Sequence record: PV874203.1
DNA length: 64,000 nucleotides
Strand: one strand, 5' to 3'
Source of the DNA: a phage
Position 1 is the first letter of the stretch, and every line of letters begins with the position of its first letter. The notes beneath the pieces are model-generated. The model worked only from the letters and a program-made list of their open reading frames with translations. It made no database searches and was not told where the DNA came from. Positions 50,270 through 58,057 of the stretch are shown here, one piece after another. The position numbers and the translations under genes are program-made.

Positions 50270-50502
50270 TACTCACCTTTCTTGGCACGATCTTTGGCAG
50301 TTTTGCCAGTGCGGATACGATGGGAAACGTTAACCAGAGTGCCACCATCAACTACGGTAACACTCTTGTTTTTAGCCAGATCGAACACAGTTTTCTCCGT
50401 GCCACCCAAGCGAATTTGCTTAGGCTCACTGAAGGTTTGGGTTGATTTGGATTGGAACTGGAACGGTTGACGAATTGCATCGATTGCGCTTACTTTAGAC
50501 AT
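50269..50502 (-). CDS. hypothetical protein
   Basis: 77-aa ORF; RBS AAGGAA. Confidence 0.4.
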   Translation of the reverse strand: MSKVSAIDAIRQPFQFQSKSTQTFSEPKQIRLGGTEKTVFDLAKNKSVTVVDGGTLVNVSHRIRTGKTAKDRAKKGE

Positions 50503-50574
50503 AGGGGAAATTCCTTAAAAAGTTATGGCTGCGTAGAGGGAATTCCCTACGCAAATTGGGCCGCCCACAGAGAG

Positions 50575-50592
50575 GCGTCATAGTACTAAAAG
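50575..50592. repeat. conserved 18-nt element GCGTCATAGTACTAAAAG, copy 1
   Basis: Identical 18-mer at 58023..58040 with similar flanks (ACAGAGAG...AGG); a hairpin lies nearby in both copies. Confidence 0.4.
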
Positions 50593-50733
50593 GAGGAGAG
50601 AAGAGGGCTTATTTAGCTACCTTTTTCTGTCCGTTTACGAACCAGATAATTGAACCGTCAGGCTGTCGTTGCCCGAAGCCTTTCTGGTTAATCATATCGT
50701 CATAAGAATATGCTTTGATTCTCATTTGTTTTC

Positions 50734-50976
50734 CTATGGAGTTAAGATAATTTCAGCCTTACTAAACTTCTCACCAACTTCAAGAGTATCAGCAACAGGA
50801 CGGGGCACACCTGTACCCAAACAAACAGCCCTTCGATACCCTCCAGTCACAGGCATCATCAAATAGATGACCTGATTATCATCTTCTTTTAAAGTAAAGA
50901 TATCAGCGATCGATAGATCTTTAACAAAGAGTTTCTTTTCTTCTTCATGATGAACTTTGATATGTATTGTGCTCAT
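50734..50976 (-). CDS. small early protein, paralogous family member
   Basis: Shares the L..L..GD(V/I)F ... NL.TG pattern with eight other small ORFs. Confidence 0.45.
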   Translation of the reverse strand: MSTIHIKVHHEEEKKLFVKDLSIADIFTLKEDDNQVIYLMMPVTGGYRRAVCLGTGVPRPVADTLEVGEKFSKAEIILTP

Positions 50977-50978
50977 AC

Positions 50979-51224
50979 CTACTCCTGAACAACTGACATA
51001 CGAATCACTTCAACAGGTGCATCACTTTTCATAACACCCAGTACGCCAGTAAGAAGATTAACGGTCGTAATCCAACCTTCTTCGACAGAGATTTTGTTGG
51101 ATACATTATTAACACGGATGTAATACTGAGGGGATGCTGTTCCTCTCTGAACTACGAAAGGGTTTCCGGGAATAATTGTAGCCAGTGAAACAGTGTTATC
51201 TTTAATCTTTGGGATAATCTTCAT
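50979..51224 (-). CDS. small early protein, paralogous family member (divergent)
   Basis: 81 aa, similar length and pattern (…NLLTGVLG…). Confidence 0.4.
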   Translation of the reverse strand: MKIIPKIKDNTVSLATIIPGNPFVVQRGTASPQYYIRVNNVSNKISVEEGWITTVNLLTGVLGVMKSDAPVEVIRMSVVQE

Positions 51225-51232
51225 ATTGATTC

Positions 51233-51556
51233 CTATTTAAGTTTTAGGCTAATATTAAGGTGCATACATGCCCTGTTCTGTACAGCAGCATAACTTCTAC
51301 CGAGCATGTCAGCCATTCTCTGAATAGACATGAACCCAGCATTACGGATAAGGAACTGGTCTTCTTCTTTAGACCACTTGACTCGGATTACAGCTCTAGA
51401 AATACCGAACTTAGTGCAAGCTGTATTAACTGCATTCTCCGTTACATTCATAATCTGAGCAACTTCTTGAACCGAGTACTCTTTGATTAGTCTCCGAAGA
51501 TTTTCAATCTGCATCGGAGTCCATATAGTTCTTCGAGCTTTCATTTTACCACCCAT
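51233..51556 (-). CDS. helix-turn-helix DNA-binding protein
   Basis: IENLRRLIKEYSVQEVAQIMNVTENAVNTACTKFGI looks like an HTH. Confidence 0.45.
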   Translation of the reverse strand: MGGKMKARRTIWTPMQIENLRRLIKEYSVQEVAQIMNVTENAVNTACTKFGISRAVIRVKWSKEEDQFLIRNAGFMSIQRMADMLGRSYAAVQNRACMHLNISLKLK

Positions 51557-51767
51557 GTCGACTTTTAACTAACACACCATCAATTATCAGATAATGTAAA
51601 TGTCTTATCATATCTGAAGACAGATCTCCATGAGCGCTATTCCACTGAAGGAAGTTCATATCCTTCCAATCTGTGTAGTGCTTTTTGGCTTCTTCCTCTA
51701 TCTGACTAAGAGTTACCCTTCTGAAAGGATATGGACTATACTTAATAAGTGTTTCACATTTTGTCAT
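51546..51767 (-). CDS. hypothetical protein
   Basis: 73-aa ORF. Confidence 0.4.
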   Translation of the reverse strand: MTKCETLIKYSPYPFRRVTLSQIEEEAKKHYTDWKDMNFLQWNSAHGDLSSDMIRHLHYLIIDGVLVKSRHGW

Positions 51768-51811
51768 ATATCCTCCAATTAAATGTTTATGTAAGACTTG
51801 CTTAGATAAAG

Positions 51812-51846
51812 ATTCAATAAAATAGGGGGAGGGGACGAATCCTCCC
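51812..51846 (-). terminator. hairpin terminator (minus strand)
   Basis: GGGAGG-loop-CCTCCC hairpin; minus strand has T-rich tract after it. Confidence 0.4.
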
Positions 51847-52057
51847 TTATCCTATTAATTAATATTGCATGTAAGATCTAACAATCGGTTGCCTTTGTAG
51901 GAATAAGCGTTATGCCAATCCAGCACTAAACTCCCGCCCCCTTAGTGGGCTGGGTTTATAAAGGGTAACGCCCTTATGGGCTAGTTACATGAATGTTAGT
52001 TTGATAGGGGATCTGAAGTCCTATCTCAAAGGACTCTCGTAAGAATCCTTCACGATA

Positions 52058-52315
52058 TTACTTAAAGATGAAATGTATAACTGCATCATATGCTTTAGAC
52101 AGAAGCCAACCTATCGGATAACAGACTCCTGCCAGTATTGAGATGGGCCATAACATAATTAAGATCACAACCATCATCTCATCAGGTTCAGAGCTGGTAG
52201 ACCCTGTTGTAATGACCCCTTTTAGTAGACCTTTCTTGTATAGCAGTTTCAGCACTAAAACAGAAAGGAATACTCCAATAAAGTAAACTGAGATAAAAAT
52301 ATCAAGTAAACCCAT
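52058..52315 (-). CDS. small membrane protein
   Basis: 85 aa, two hydrophobic helices. Confidence 0.45.
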   Translation of the reverse strand: MGLLDIFISVYFIGVFLSVLVLKLLYKKGLLKGVITTGSTSSEPDEMMVVILIMLWPISILAGVCYPIGWLLSKAYDAVIHFIFK

Positions 52316-52326
52316 TTAATCACCTA

Positions 52327-52458
52327 TTACTTATTCAACTTTCGTCTGCTATCTCGCCAAGCCAACCAAGTGTAGGTTTTCAGCTCTTCAAAGTCTTCTG
52401 GAGAGAATAGATATTCTTTGAAGGTATTTCCAAACCACTTTAAAAATTCTTCAGTCAT
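52327..52458 (-). CDS. hypothetical small protein
   Basis: 43 aa, not in track; AAGAGG RBS. Confidence 0.3.
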   Translation of the reverse strand: MTEEFLKWFGNTFKEYLFSPEDFEELKTYTWLAWRDSRRKLNK

Positions 52459-52466
52459 AAAACCTC

Positions 52467-52640
52467 TTAACAAGACTGGTCACATGGCTGATCACCACAT
52501 GTTTTACAAATCACTGGTGAATAACTACAGGAAGGATATACTGACACACCGTCAAACGTCTCACACCCACAGTCAGGGCATGTACCATTGGATTCCATGT
52601 CATAATCATCATCCACTTCACCACCACCATAACAGCTCAT
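52467..52640 (-). CDS. small Cys-rich (zinc-binding?) protein
   Basis: 57 aa, not in track: MSCYGGGEVDDDYDMESNGTCPDCGCETFDGVSVYPSCSYSPVICKTCGDQPCDQSC; strong RBS AAGGAG. Confidence 0.45.
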   Translation of the reverse strand: MSCYGGGEVDDDYDMESNGTCPDCGCETFDGVSVYPSCSYSPVICKTCGDQPCDQSC

Positions 52641-52649
52641 ATGAACTCC

Positions 52650-52871
52650 TTAGTAAACTAAACCTATAGCCTTTGCATCAGGCTGAGGGACTACTTTTGC
52701 ATTAGGGCGATAACCATCCACTGAACCATTCCAAAGGTTGACACAGGTGATATACCCATCGTTCAAGTAGTCTGTTTTAATCCAGAAGTGTTTATCGTGA
52801 CCAAAGATACTTCCTTTTGGCAGTGTGGACAATTCAACAGTTTTAAGGGATTGTTTAGAATCTAATTTCAT
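52650..52871 (-). CDS. small early protein, paralogous family member
   Basis: LKTVELSTLPKGSIFGHDKHFWIKTDYLNDGYITCVNLWNGSVDG. Confidence 0.45.
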   Translation of the reverse strand: MKLDSKQSLKTVELSTLPKGSIFGHDKHFWIKTDYLNDGYITCVNLWNGSVDGYRPNAKVVPQPDAKAIGLVY

Positions 52872-52880
52872 ATAAGTTCC

Positions 52881-53078
52881 TTAATACACCAAGCCATGTA
52901 AGAGAAACACTCTCTTAGTTAACTCTGCTTTAGCTCTGTAATAAGCCTTAGAACCTAACAGGCGGCGTTTAACAAAGAACTTAATGTCATTGCTAACATC
53001 TTGTATTAAACGCTCCTGTACAGCTTCTGAGGAGCTATTAATTGAATCAATTAACACCTTTGTAGATGTATAATTCAT
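52881..53078 (-). CDS. hypothetical protein
   Basis: 65-aa ORF. Confidence 0.35.
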   Translation of the reverse strand: MNYTSTKVLIDSINSSSEAVQERLIQDVSNDIKFFVKRRLLGSKAYYRAKAELTKRVFLLHGLVY

Positions 53079-53079
53079 A

Positions 53080-53379
53080 TCACCACTCCTTACCGGTTGT
53101 TGTTACAGAGCCACCACACCACAACGCTGTATCAATCACAACATTATCTGGCGTAGACTTCTCTTCGTTGATAGAAGGGTTAGCATTGGAGCAGGTTGCT
53201 CCGTTCCAGCGCATATCGATTTCACCAGAAGGAACCTTCTCACCTTTATGCCAGCGAGAAACACAAACACCTTCCACTGCTACTGCACACCATCCATCAG
53301 GACGGCTCTGTACGCAGCCTGTAAGGGCCACACAGACAAGGAAGATACAGATTAAGGATATTACACCACCCCAACTCAT
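53080..53379 (-). CDS. lipoprotein
   Basis: Signal peptide with lipobox LTGC; Cys-rich mature region. Confidence 0.55.
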   Translation of the reverse strand: MSWGGVISLICIFLVCVALTGCVQSRPDGWCAVAVEGVCVSRWHKGEKVPSGEIDMRWNGATCSNANPSINEEKSTPDNVVIDTALWCGGSVTTTGKEW

Positions 53380-53398
53380 AACTATCTCCTACGTTGAT

Positions 53399-53474
53399 TG
53401 GTGCACCCTACAGGACTCGAACCTGTAACCAACGACTTAGAAGGTCGCTGCTCTGTCCATTGAGCTAAGGGTGC
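53399..53474 (-). tRNA. tRNA-Arg (anticodon UCU), CCA encoded
   Basis: Minus-strand cloverleaf: 7-bp acceptor stem GCACCCU/AGGGUGC, D-arm GCUC/GAGC, anticodon loop CUUCUAA, T-arm ACAGG-UUCGAGU-CCUGU, 3' ACCA. Confidence 0.85.
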
Positions 53475-53483
53475 TATATTTAT

Positions 53484-53792
53484 TTATAAGGAGAAAGACT
53501 TCTTACAATCCTTCTCTTCAAAAGTGTAGTAGCCTGTTGTATCAGGGAAGTAGGCATACTTTGTTTCTTTGCCATCAATAGCCATGACACGATTACCAGA
53601 AGTTGTTTCTACAAACAGAAGCCCATCTCTTACCATACCATGAGATTCTTTGATACCAGTTAAGCTATGCTCTTTAAGAGTGCATTGCTGAACACTCTGA
53701 TACTTAACTCCAATCTCTGCACTATTAACAGAGATGATACCAATGGTTGTCATTAGTAGTAAGGTTGAGATGATAAAATGCTTTTGTTTCAC
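53484..53792 (-). CDS. secreted/periplasmic protein
   Basis: N-terminal signal peptide MKQKHFIISTLLLMTTIGIISVNSA. Confidence 0.5.
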   Translation of the reverse strand: MKQKHFIISTLLLMTTIGIISVNSAEIGVKYQSVQQCTLKEHSLTGIKESHGMVRDGLLFVETTSGNRVMAIDGKETKYAYFPDTTGYYTFEEKDCKKSFSL

Positions 53793-53810
53793 ATTAACCT
53801 CTGGATTTAT

Positions 53811-54020
53811 TTAACTGAAGATACGCAAGGCCACATCGTGATAGATATGACCGGGGACTTTGTGCTGTTCTATTTTCAAACAGCGTTTACAGACACGAGA
53901 TACACGAGATTCTTTTCTCTCGACCGGAGTGTCTTTAGCGTGAGTAATATGTAAGTTTTCAGTGATCACCCACTCATGTTTACATCCAGAATCTTCGGGC
54001 TTTTTCTTACGAAAGAACAT
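53811..54020 (-). CDS. zinc-ribbon protein (paralogue pair A)
   Basis: CKHEW...CKRCL motif; similar to next gene. Confidence 0.4.
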   Translation of the reverse strand: MFFRKKKPEDSGCKHEWVITENLHITHAKDTPVERKESRVSRVCKRCLKIEQHKVPGHIYHDVALRIFS

Positions 54021-54029
54021 AACACCCCC

Positions 54030-54191
54030 TTAGATTACATCACGATGACTAACATCACCACACACCTTACACTGAATAACGTAACGTGTGCCCTTGTCAT
54101 TATTCCCATCTGAATCTGTATAGACCAGAGGGCGAGTATTAATAATCTTCCAATCATGACAATGAAAGACACGCTTTAGCCACTTGAACAT
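54030..54191 (-). CDS. zinc-ribbon protein (paralogue pair B)
   Basis: CHDWKI...CKVCG; start trimmed to an internal Met to remove overlap. Confidence 0.4.
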   Translation of the reverse strand: MFKWLKRVFHCHDWKIINTRPLVYTDSDGNNDKGTRYVIQCKVCGDVSHRDVI

Positions 54192-54198
54192 ATTAACC

Positions 54199-54450
54199 TC
54201 AAGCACAAGCAGGGAGAGTGATGATTTTATGCTTACCATCAAACTCTCCAAATAAACCTAAGAATGTAGGACTGTAAGTGCCAGTACAAACAAACTCATC
54301 AAACAGTGCGTTATAGCTAGGCTTAATCTTCCAAGCCCATACATAACCCATCTTGTCAATTGCAATGTAACGAGTGTTCAGAGGAACAGTCATCATCACA
54401 CCATCAACTTCAATCACTTTAGTTATTGGTGCAGCTTGGAAGTTTTTCAT
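54199..54450 (-). CDS. hypothetical protein
   Basis: 83-aa ORF. Confidence 0.4.
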   Translation of the reverse strand: MKNFQAAPITKVIEVDGVMMTVPLNTRYIAIDKMGYVWAWKIKPSYNALFDEFVCTGTYSPTFLGLFGEFDGKHKIITLPACA

Positions 54451-54677
54451 TACATTTCCTCTAACTTAAGAGTTGCTTTATATTCTTTAACCGGAGCGTC
54501 TTCAGGGAAAGAAAGTCTTTGAGAGGGTTGGGGTAATCGTACAGAAAACCCGCCACCAATCTTCATGTAGAAAGATTCTTGACTGGCAAGTTCTGTGTTG
54601 AATGTGAAAATAGAACCAATGCTCAAGTCTCGGAAAGTCTTTTGCTTTGGTTTAGTCGAGTCTAAAACGATATTCAT
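54450..54677 (-). CDS. small early protein, paralogous family member
   Basis: FRDLSIGSIFTFNTELASQESFYMKIGGG. Confidence 0.45.
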   Translation of the reverse strand: MNIVLDSTKPKQKTFRDLSIGSIFTFNTELASQESFYMKIGGGFSVRLPQPSQRLSFPEDAPVKEYKATLKLEEM

Positions 54678-54842
54678 ACTTTACCTTTGATAAAAATGTC
54701 ATTACCACAGACACAGCATGAACGAACAACAGTAGCGCCACGCTGAACGATACGAACCTCTTCTTTAACCAGATTAACACGAGCACCACAGCAAGGAGAG
54801 TTAACATAAGAGTAACCAGCTTGCGTATTCTTGATTGTTTGC

Positions 54843-55199
54843 TTAGACATTTGATTCGAGATCTCTTAGTTGTTCAGCCAATTGTTCGCACTCATTGATG
54901 CAGAACTCTTCTGTTCTTGGAACCCCATTAGGGTTGAACCGTGTCTTATCACACGCATGGGCACAATCAAACCCGATTGTATTTAAACCACCCATCTCTT
55001 CAAGAGTGTCTTGCCATGTTACACCACCGTGAACTCCAACATACCAAACAACCGCTTCCTCTCCGTTATATCCGGTGAAGTTTTTATGCTTTAAGCTGTC
55101 TGGTAGCTCTACATATCCACAAAGATGGGAGTCGTTCATGTGAATAATCACAGCACGAAGCCCTGATTTAGTTACCCAACCTTTAACCATGCGTCTCAT
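54843..55199 (-). CDS. hypothetical protein
   Basis: Start set at internal ATG with AGAGGTG RBS; the track N-terminus would read through a terminator hairpin. Confidence 0.45.
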   Translation of the reverse strand: MRRMVKGWVTKSGLRAVIIHMNDSHLCGYVELPDSLKHKNFTGYNGEEAVVWYVGVHGGVTWQDTLEEMGGLNTIGFDCAHACDKTRFNPNGVPRTEEFCINECEQLAEQLRDLESNV

Positions 55200-55239
55200 A
55201 TAAGCACCTCTTGTTAGTTTAAGTAAGAGTTGTCCCTTA

Positions 55240-55273
55240 ATTAAAACAACAAAGGCCACCCGATTGGGCAGCC
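55240..55273 (-). terminator. rho-independent terminator (minus strand)
   Basis: Minus strand GGCUGCCC-AAUC-GGGUGGCC followed by UUUGUUGUUUU; near-identical hairpin at 29765..29784. Confidence 0.55.
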
Positions 55274-55736
55274 TTTTATCTATTAACTGTTGTATGTCCA
55301 ATTACCTTGCTTGTTACGGATAGCTGACATTGCATGAAGCCAGAAGCCTTCCAGTTTCAGAGCACCGTTAGCTACTGCATCCATACGTTCAGGGCGGTTC
55401 ATAAGTTTGGTTGACACTTTCATACCTATATCTCTTTGTTAGTGGAGGCATTATTGCCAGTTGATATAAGGGATAGCCCTAGTCAGGAGACTAATTCTGA
55501 CCGCGTACTCATTGCCGACCTTCTCTGCCTAAGAGTTCAGGTTCTAGAGCTATCTCTTATTCCAACTGGTGAAGACTCCCTACCCCTAGGAAGTCTCCTG
55601 AATCCCAAACCGATACGTACCCCTACATATCAGAAAGTCTTTCGAAAATTAACAGGTTTTAGTCTAACACCGGATGTTCGAGCAAGCTCTCCCTAGCGGT
55701 GTGGCATATGCCTGAGTTAATAAGTTAATGAGGAAC

Positions 55737-55775
55737 ACCCTCACATAGCCCTCTGATAGACACAAGGGCTATAAG
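55737..55775 (-). repeat. conserved hairpin element, copy 2
   Basis: CTCACATAGCCCT-CTGATAGACACA-AGGGCTATAAG; same stem and flank as 49771..49800. Confidence 0.45.
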
Positions 55776-55781
55776 TCGGTG

Positions 55782-56000
55782 TTACTTTTGAGTCAAACAC
55801 AGATCAGGACGGGGCATAACAGTGGTTGATAGACCAAAGACTTCAACATAACCAGTGCCCAGATTGGCAGCCTTACGTAAACCGTCAGGGGTTTTATCTT
55901 CTAGCATCAGCCAGAAACGTTTATCGTAAGAGAAAACATCACCACCCTTAACGTCTTCTGCATTTGCATATTTAGGATAATCAACTACTTTAATTTCCAT
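55782..56000 (-). CDS. small early protein, paralogous family member
   Basis: AEDVKGGDVFSYDKRFWLMLEDKTPDGLRKAANLGTG. Confidence 0.45.
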   Translation of the reverse strand: MEIKVVDYPKYANAEDVKGGDVFSYDKRFWLMLEDKTPDGLRKAANLGTGYVEVFGLSTTVMPRPDLCLTQK

Positions 56001-56010
56001 TTACTTACCT

Positions 56011-56229
56011 TTACTGATAGATGGAGAGGTGGATAAGTTTATTCACATGAGCGAAGTTAGGTAGGATTTGCATCTCATTGTTGAAGATATTAAAACAACG
56101 AACCCCACCCTCTACAGCATAAGCAGATTTCTGAAACAGACTACCTCCCCACACAAATACATCATGTGTTTCAAGAGATCGTAACTGAACAGCCTCGTCA
56201 ACAACCTTCTTTTCAATGTTCATACTCAC
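56011..56229 (-). CDS. small early protein, paralogous family member (divergent)
   Basis: 72 aa, similar length and spacing in the tandem array. Confidence 0.4.
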   Translation of the reverse strand: MSMNIEKKVVDEAVQLRSLETHDVFVWGGSLFQKSAYAVEGGVRCFNIFNNEMQILPNFAHVNKLIHLSIYQ

Positions 56230-56480
56230 CCTTGATTAGTAATCACTACATCGTGAAACATGATAACACGGGTTGTAGAGTGTATCTTAATAACTTGCTT
56301 ACTTCTCAGATTAAGAACAACGCAACCTCCATCAGAAGGCTTAGTCTCTTCTATCTGAGAAGTAAATAACTGAACAACCATGTAGAAATCTGCACGGGTA
56401 TCCCTGATTTGGAATACATCTCCAAGTTTAAGATCACTGACATAAAGAGTTGGTTCATTTACCTTCAAATTAATCTTCAT
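56226..56480 (-). CDS. small early protein, paralogous family member
   Basis: VSDLKLGDVFQIRDTRADFYMVVQ...VVLNLRS. Confidence 0.45.
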   Translation of the reverse strand: MKINLKVNEPTLYVSDLKLGDVFQIRDTRADFYMVVQLFTSQIEETKPSDGGCVVLNLRSKQVIKIHSTTRVIMFHDVVITNQG

Positions 56481-56706
56481 CCTTAGCCCCTATGTTAGTT
56501 ATGTGGAGATCACTACGTACTTGGCAGACTTCATCCCGTTTAAAAGGCATGAGCTTTCCAGTTACCACATCAACACAGTTTACATAGTTATCTGCGTATA
56601 GTGTGTCGGTTCTAATATAAAGAGAGTCTTTACGCTCAAATAGAACCCCCGGCTTCATATTATTTAATCGAAGCATTGTACGATCGGATTTAATATTAAC
56701 TTTCAC
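56470..56706 (-). CDS. small early protein, paralogous family member
   Basis: LNNMKPGVLFERKDSLYIRTDTLYADNYVNCVDVVTG. Confidence 0.45.
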   Translation of the reverse strand: MKVNIKSDRTMLRLNNMKPGVLFERKDSLYIRTDTLYADNYVNCVDVVTGKLMPFKRDEVCQVRSDLHITNIGAKDED

Positions 56707-56708
56707 TG

Positions 56709-56966
56709 TTAATCCGCCTTATTCGTGAGTCGAGCGTTAACTTTCTTAACAACTTCATGAGTGAAACCATCAGAAATCACACCAGTTGAAAGGTTAATAT
56801 ATTTTCTCTGATCTCCTGATCTGTTATAAGCACTTGAGGACATATAATAATCACTCAGGTTCAGAGGGAACTGGAACACATCACCTGATTCTAAATCCCC
56901 AAGAGTCAAAACCTTTGGGGCGTTGTTCATATCAATTATCACTGTTAATCTCCTGCTGCTTAGCAA
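56709..56966 (-). CDS. small early protein, paralogous family member
   Basis: LGDLESGDVFQFPLNLSDYYMSS...YINLSTG. Confidence 0.45.
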   Translation of the reverse strand: MLSSRRLTVIIDMNNAPKVLTLGDLESGDVFQFPLNLSDYYMSSSAYNRSGDQRKYINLSTGVISDGFTHEVVKKVNARLTNKAD

Positions 56967-57228
56967 TAGCTACTCGCAAGTCTTCATTAGCACGAGCAAG
57001 GCGTAACACTTCATGGTTGAGGTTCTGAAGACGCTTGTTTCTGTCTTCAACTTGCATAATAAGATCGTTAAGAGTTTCTTTAACTTTCTCATTGTACATC
57101 TCATCCACTCGGACTAGAGATTTATACATTCTCTCCCAGCTTGCTGCTTTGTTTCTTAGAATAATAAATCCTATAACGCTGATAGTTAAACAGCTTACAA
57201 AAAGGAATTTATATACTTCTAAAGTCAT
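56932..57228 (-). CDS. membrane-anchored coiled-coil protein
   Basis: N-terminal TM helix (FLFVSCLTISVIGFIIL) then charged helical region. Confidence 0.45.
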   Translation of the reverse strand: MTLEVYKFLFVSCLTISVIGFIILRNKAASWERMYKSLVRVDEMYNEKVKETLNDLIMQVEDRNKRLQNLNHEVLRLARANEDLRVAIAKQQEINSDN

Positions 57229-57316
57229 ATTATTTACCCTTTATCAGAGATTAAAAGTAATATTATTTAAGTAAGTTATATTTAGTAAACTTATTTTCTA
57301 AGAAATTTTCAAAGGG

Positions 57317-57327
57317 TCTATATACAG
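57317..57327 (-). promoter_or_regulatory. TGTATATAG promoter-like motif variant (minus strand)
   Basis: Plus CTATATACAGAG is the reverse complement of CTCTGTATATAG, about 90 nt upstream of 56932..57228. Confidence 0.3.
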
Positions 57328-57427
57328 AGCATTACCCATAGTCCCAGAATACTACCATCTTTTTCAATAAATTTACTAAGTGGTTGGTTTATAAAGGAAT
57401 TTAGTTTGTCAAATCTGGCACTAGTGA

Positions 57428-57817
57428 TTATTCCCTAGAGCTATTATCGAACACTAAATCACCACAATACATAGGATTGGCATACCATTTTGGCACCCCT
57501 TCGCTCTTACTCTGAAAGTAAGTCCCACTATACAGCGGAACATAATTCTTCTTAAGGGCACGTTTAGCCAGCCGCTCGCTTTCTCTAATGGCTTGCTTAG
57601 TCATCGGATTTTTATCACGAATCAGCTTTACATAACGTTTATAAGGTTTCTCCTGTTTTAATAGTACCGGAATCCACTCAAACTGGTTCTTTTGTCTTAT
57701 CACCTGTTCAGCGGTCAGTTTTCGTTGAGCCATTCTATTTATCACGGTATCCGCAACCATAGCTTTACATGCGGTTGGCTGATTCCCTGCCTCATAATAA
57801 ATAGTCAATGTCAACAT
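57428..57817 (-). CDS. cell-wall hydrolase, SleB/Hydrolase_2-like
   Basis: IYYEAGNQPTACKAMVADTVINRMAQ...QKNQFEWI resembles the Hydrolase_2 family. Confidence 0.55.
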   Translation of the reverse strand: MLTLTIYYEAGNQPTACKAMVADTVINRMAQRKLTAEQVIRQKNQFEWIPVLLKQEKPYKRYVKLIRDKNPMTKQAIRESERLAKRALKKNYVPLYSGTYFQSKSEGVPKWYANPMYCGDLVFDNSSRE

Positions 57818-57862
57818 TAGCTGGGCCGTTGTTATCAGAACTTGCTACCTCCTGTTTTACGG

Positions 57863-57892
57863 GCATAAAAAAGCCCCAGCCGTAGCCGGGGC
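57863..57892 (-). terminator. rho-independent terminator (minus strand)
   Basis: Minus strand GCCCCGGC-UACG-GCUGGGGC followed by UUUUUUAU. Confidence 0.6.
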
Positions 57893-58022
57893 AAACCTGA
57901 AAGCAACATATGACCGTTGCTATAAATACACTCGCAAATGCACTTACAGCAACGCAAAAAGCCGCTCAAAGGCGGCTATGCGGAAGCTTCAAATGGGGAG
58001 AGGGCACGACGCGACAGAAAGA

Positions 58023-58040
58023 GCGTCATAGTACTAAAAG
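58023..58040. repeat. conserved 18-nt element GCGTCATAGTACTAAAAG, copy 2
   Basis: Identical to 50575..50592. Confidence 0.4.
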
Positions 58041-58057
58041 AGGGGGATATATTCCTA

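Noticed and set aside
51825-51846. Possible tRNA T-arm-like hairpin GGAGG-GGACGAAT-CCTCC
   Set aside because: No acceptor stem, D-arm or anticodon arm could be built around it; more consistent with a terminator hairpin.
52418-52669. 83-aa plus-strand ORF (His-rich)
   Set aside because: Antisense to two small minus-strand ORFs with strong RBSs (52327..52458, 52467..52640); no plus-strand RBS.
53066-53428. 120-aa plus-strand ORF
   Set aside because: Overlaps the minus-strand lipoprotein gene and runs through the tRNA-Arg gene; the tRNA and lipoprotein are far better supported.
55436-55696. 86-aa plus-strand ORF in the 55.3-55.8 kb gap
   Set aside because: Lone plus-strand ORF in a minus-strand block, no RBS, Leu/Pro/Ser-rich translation; region treated as non-coding.
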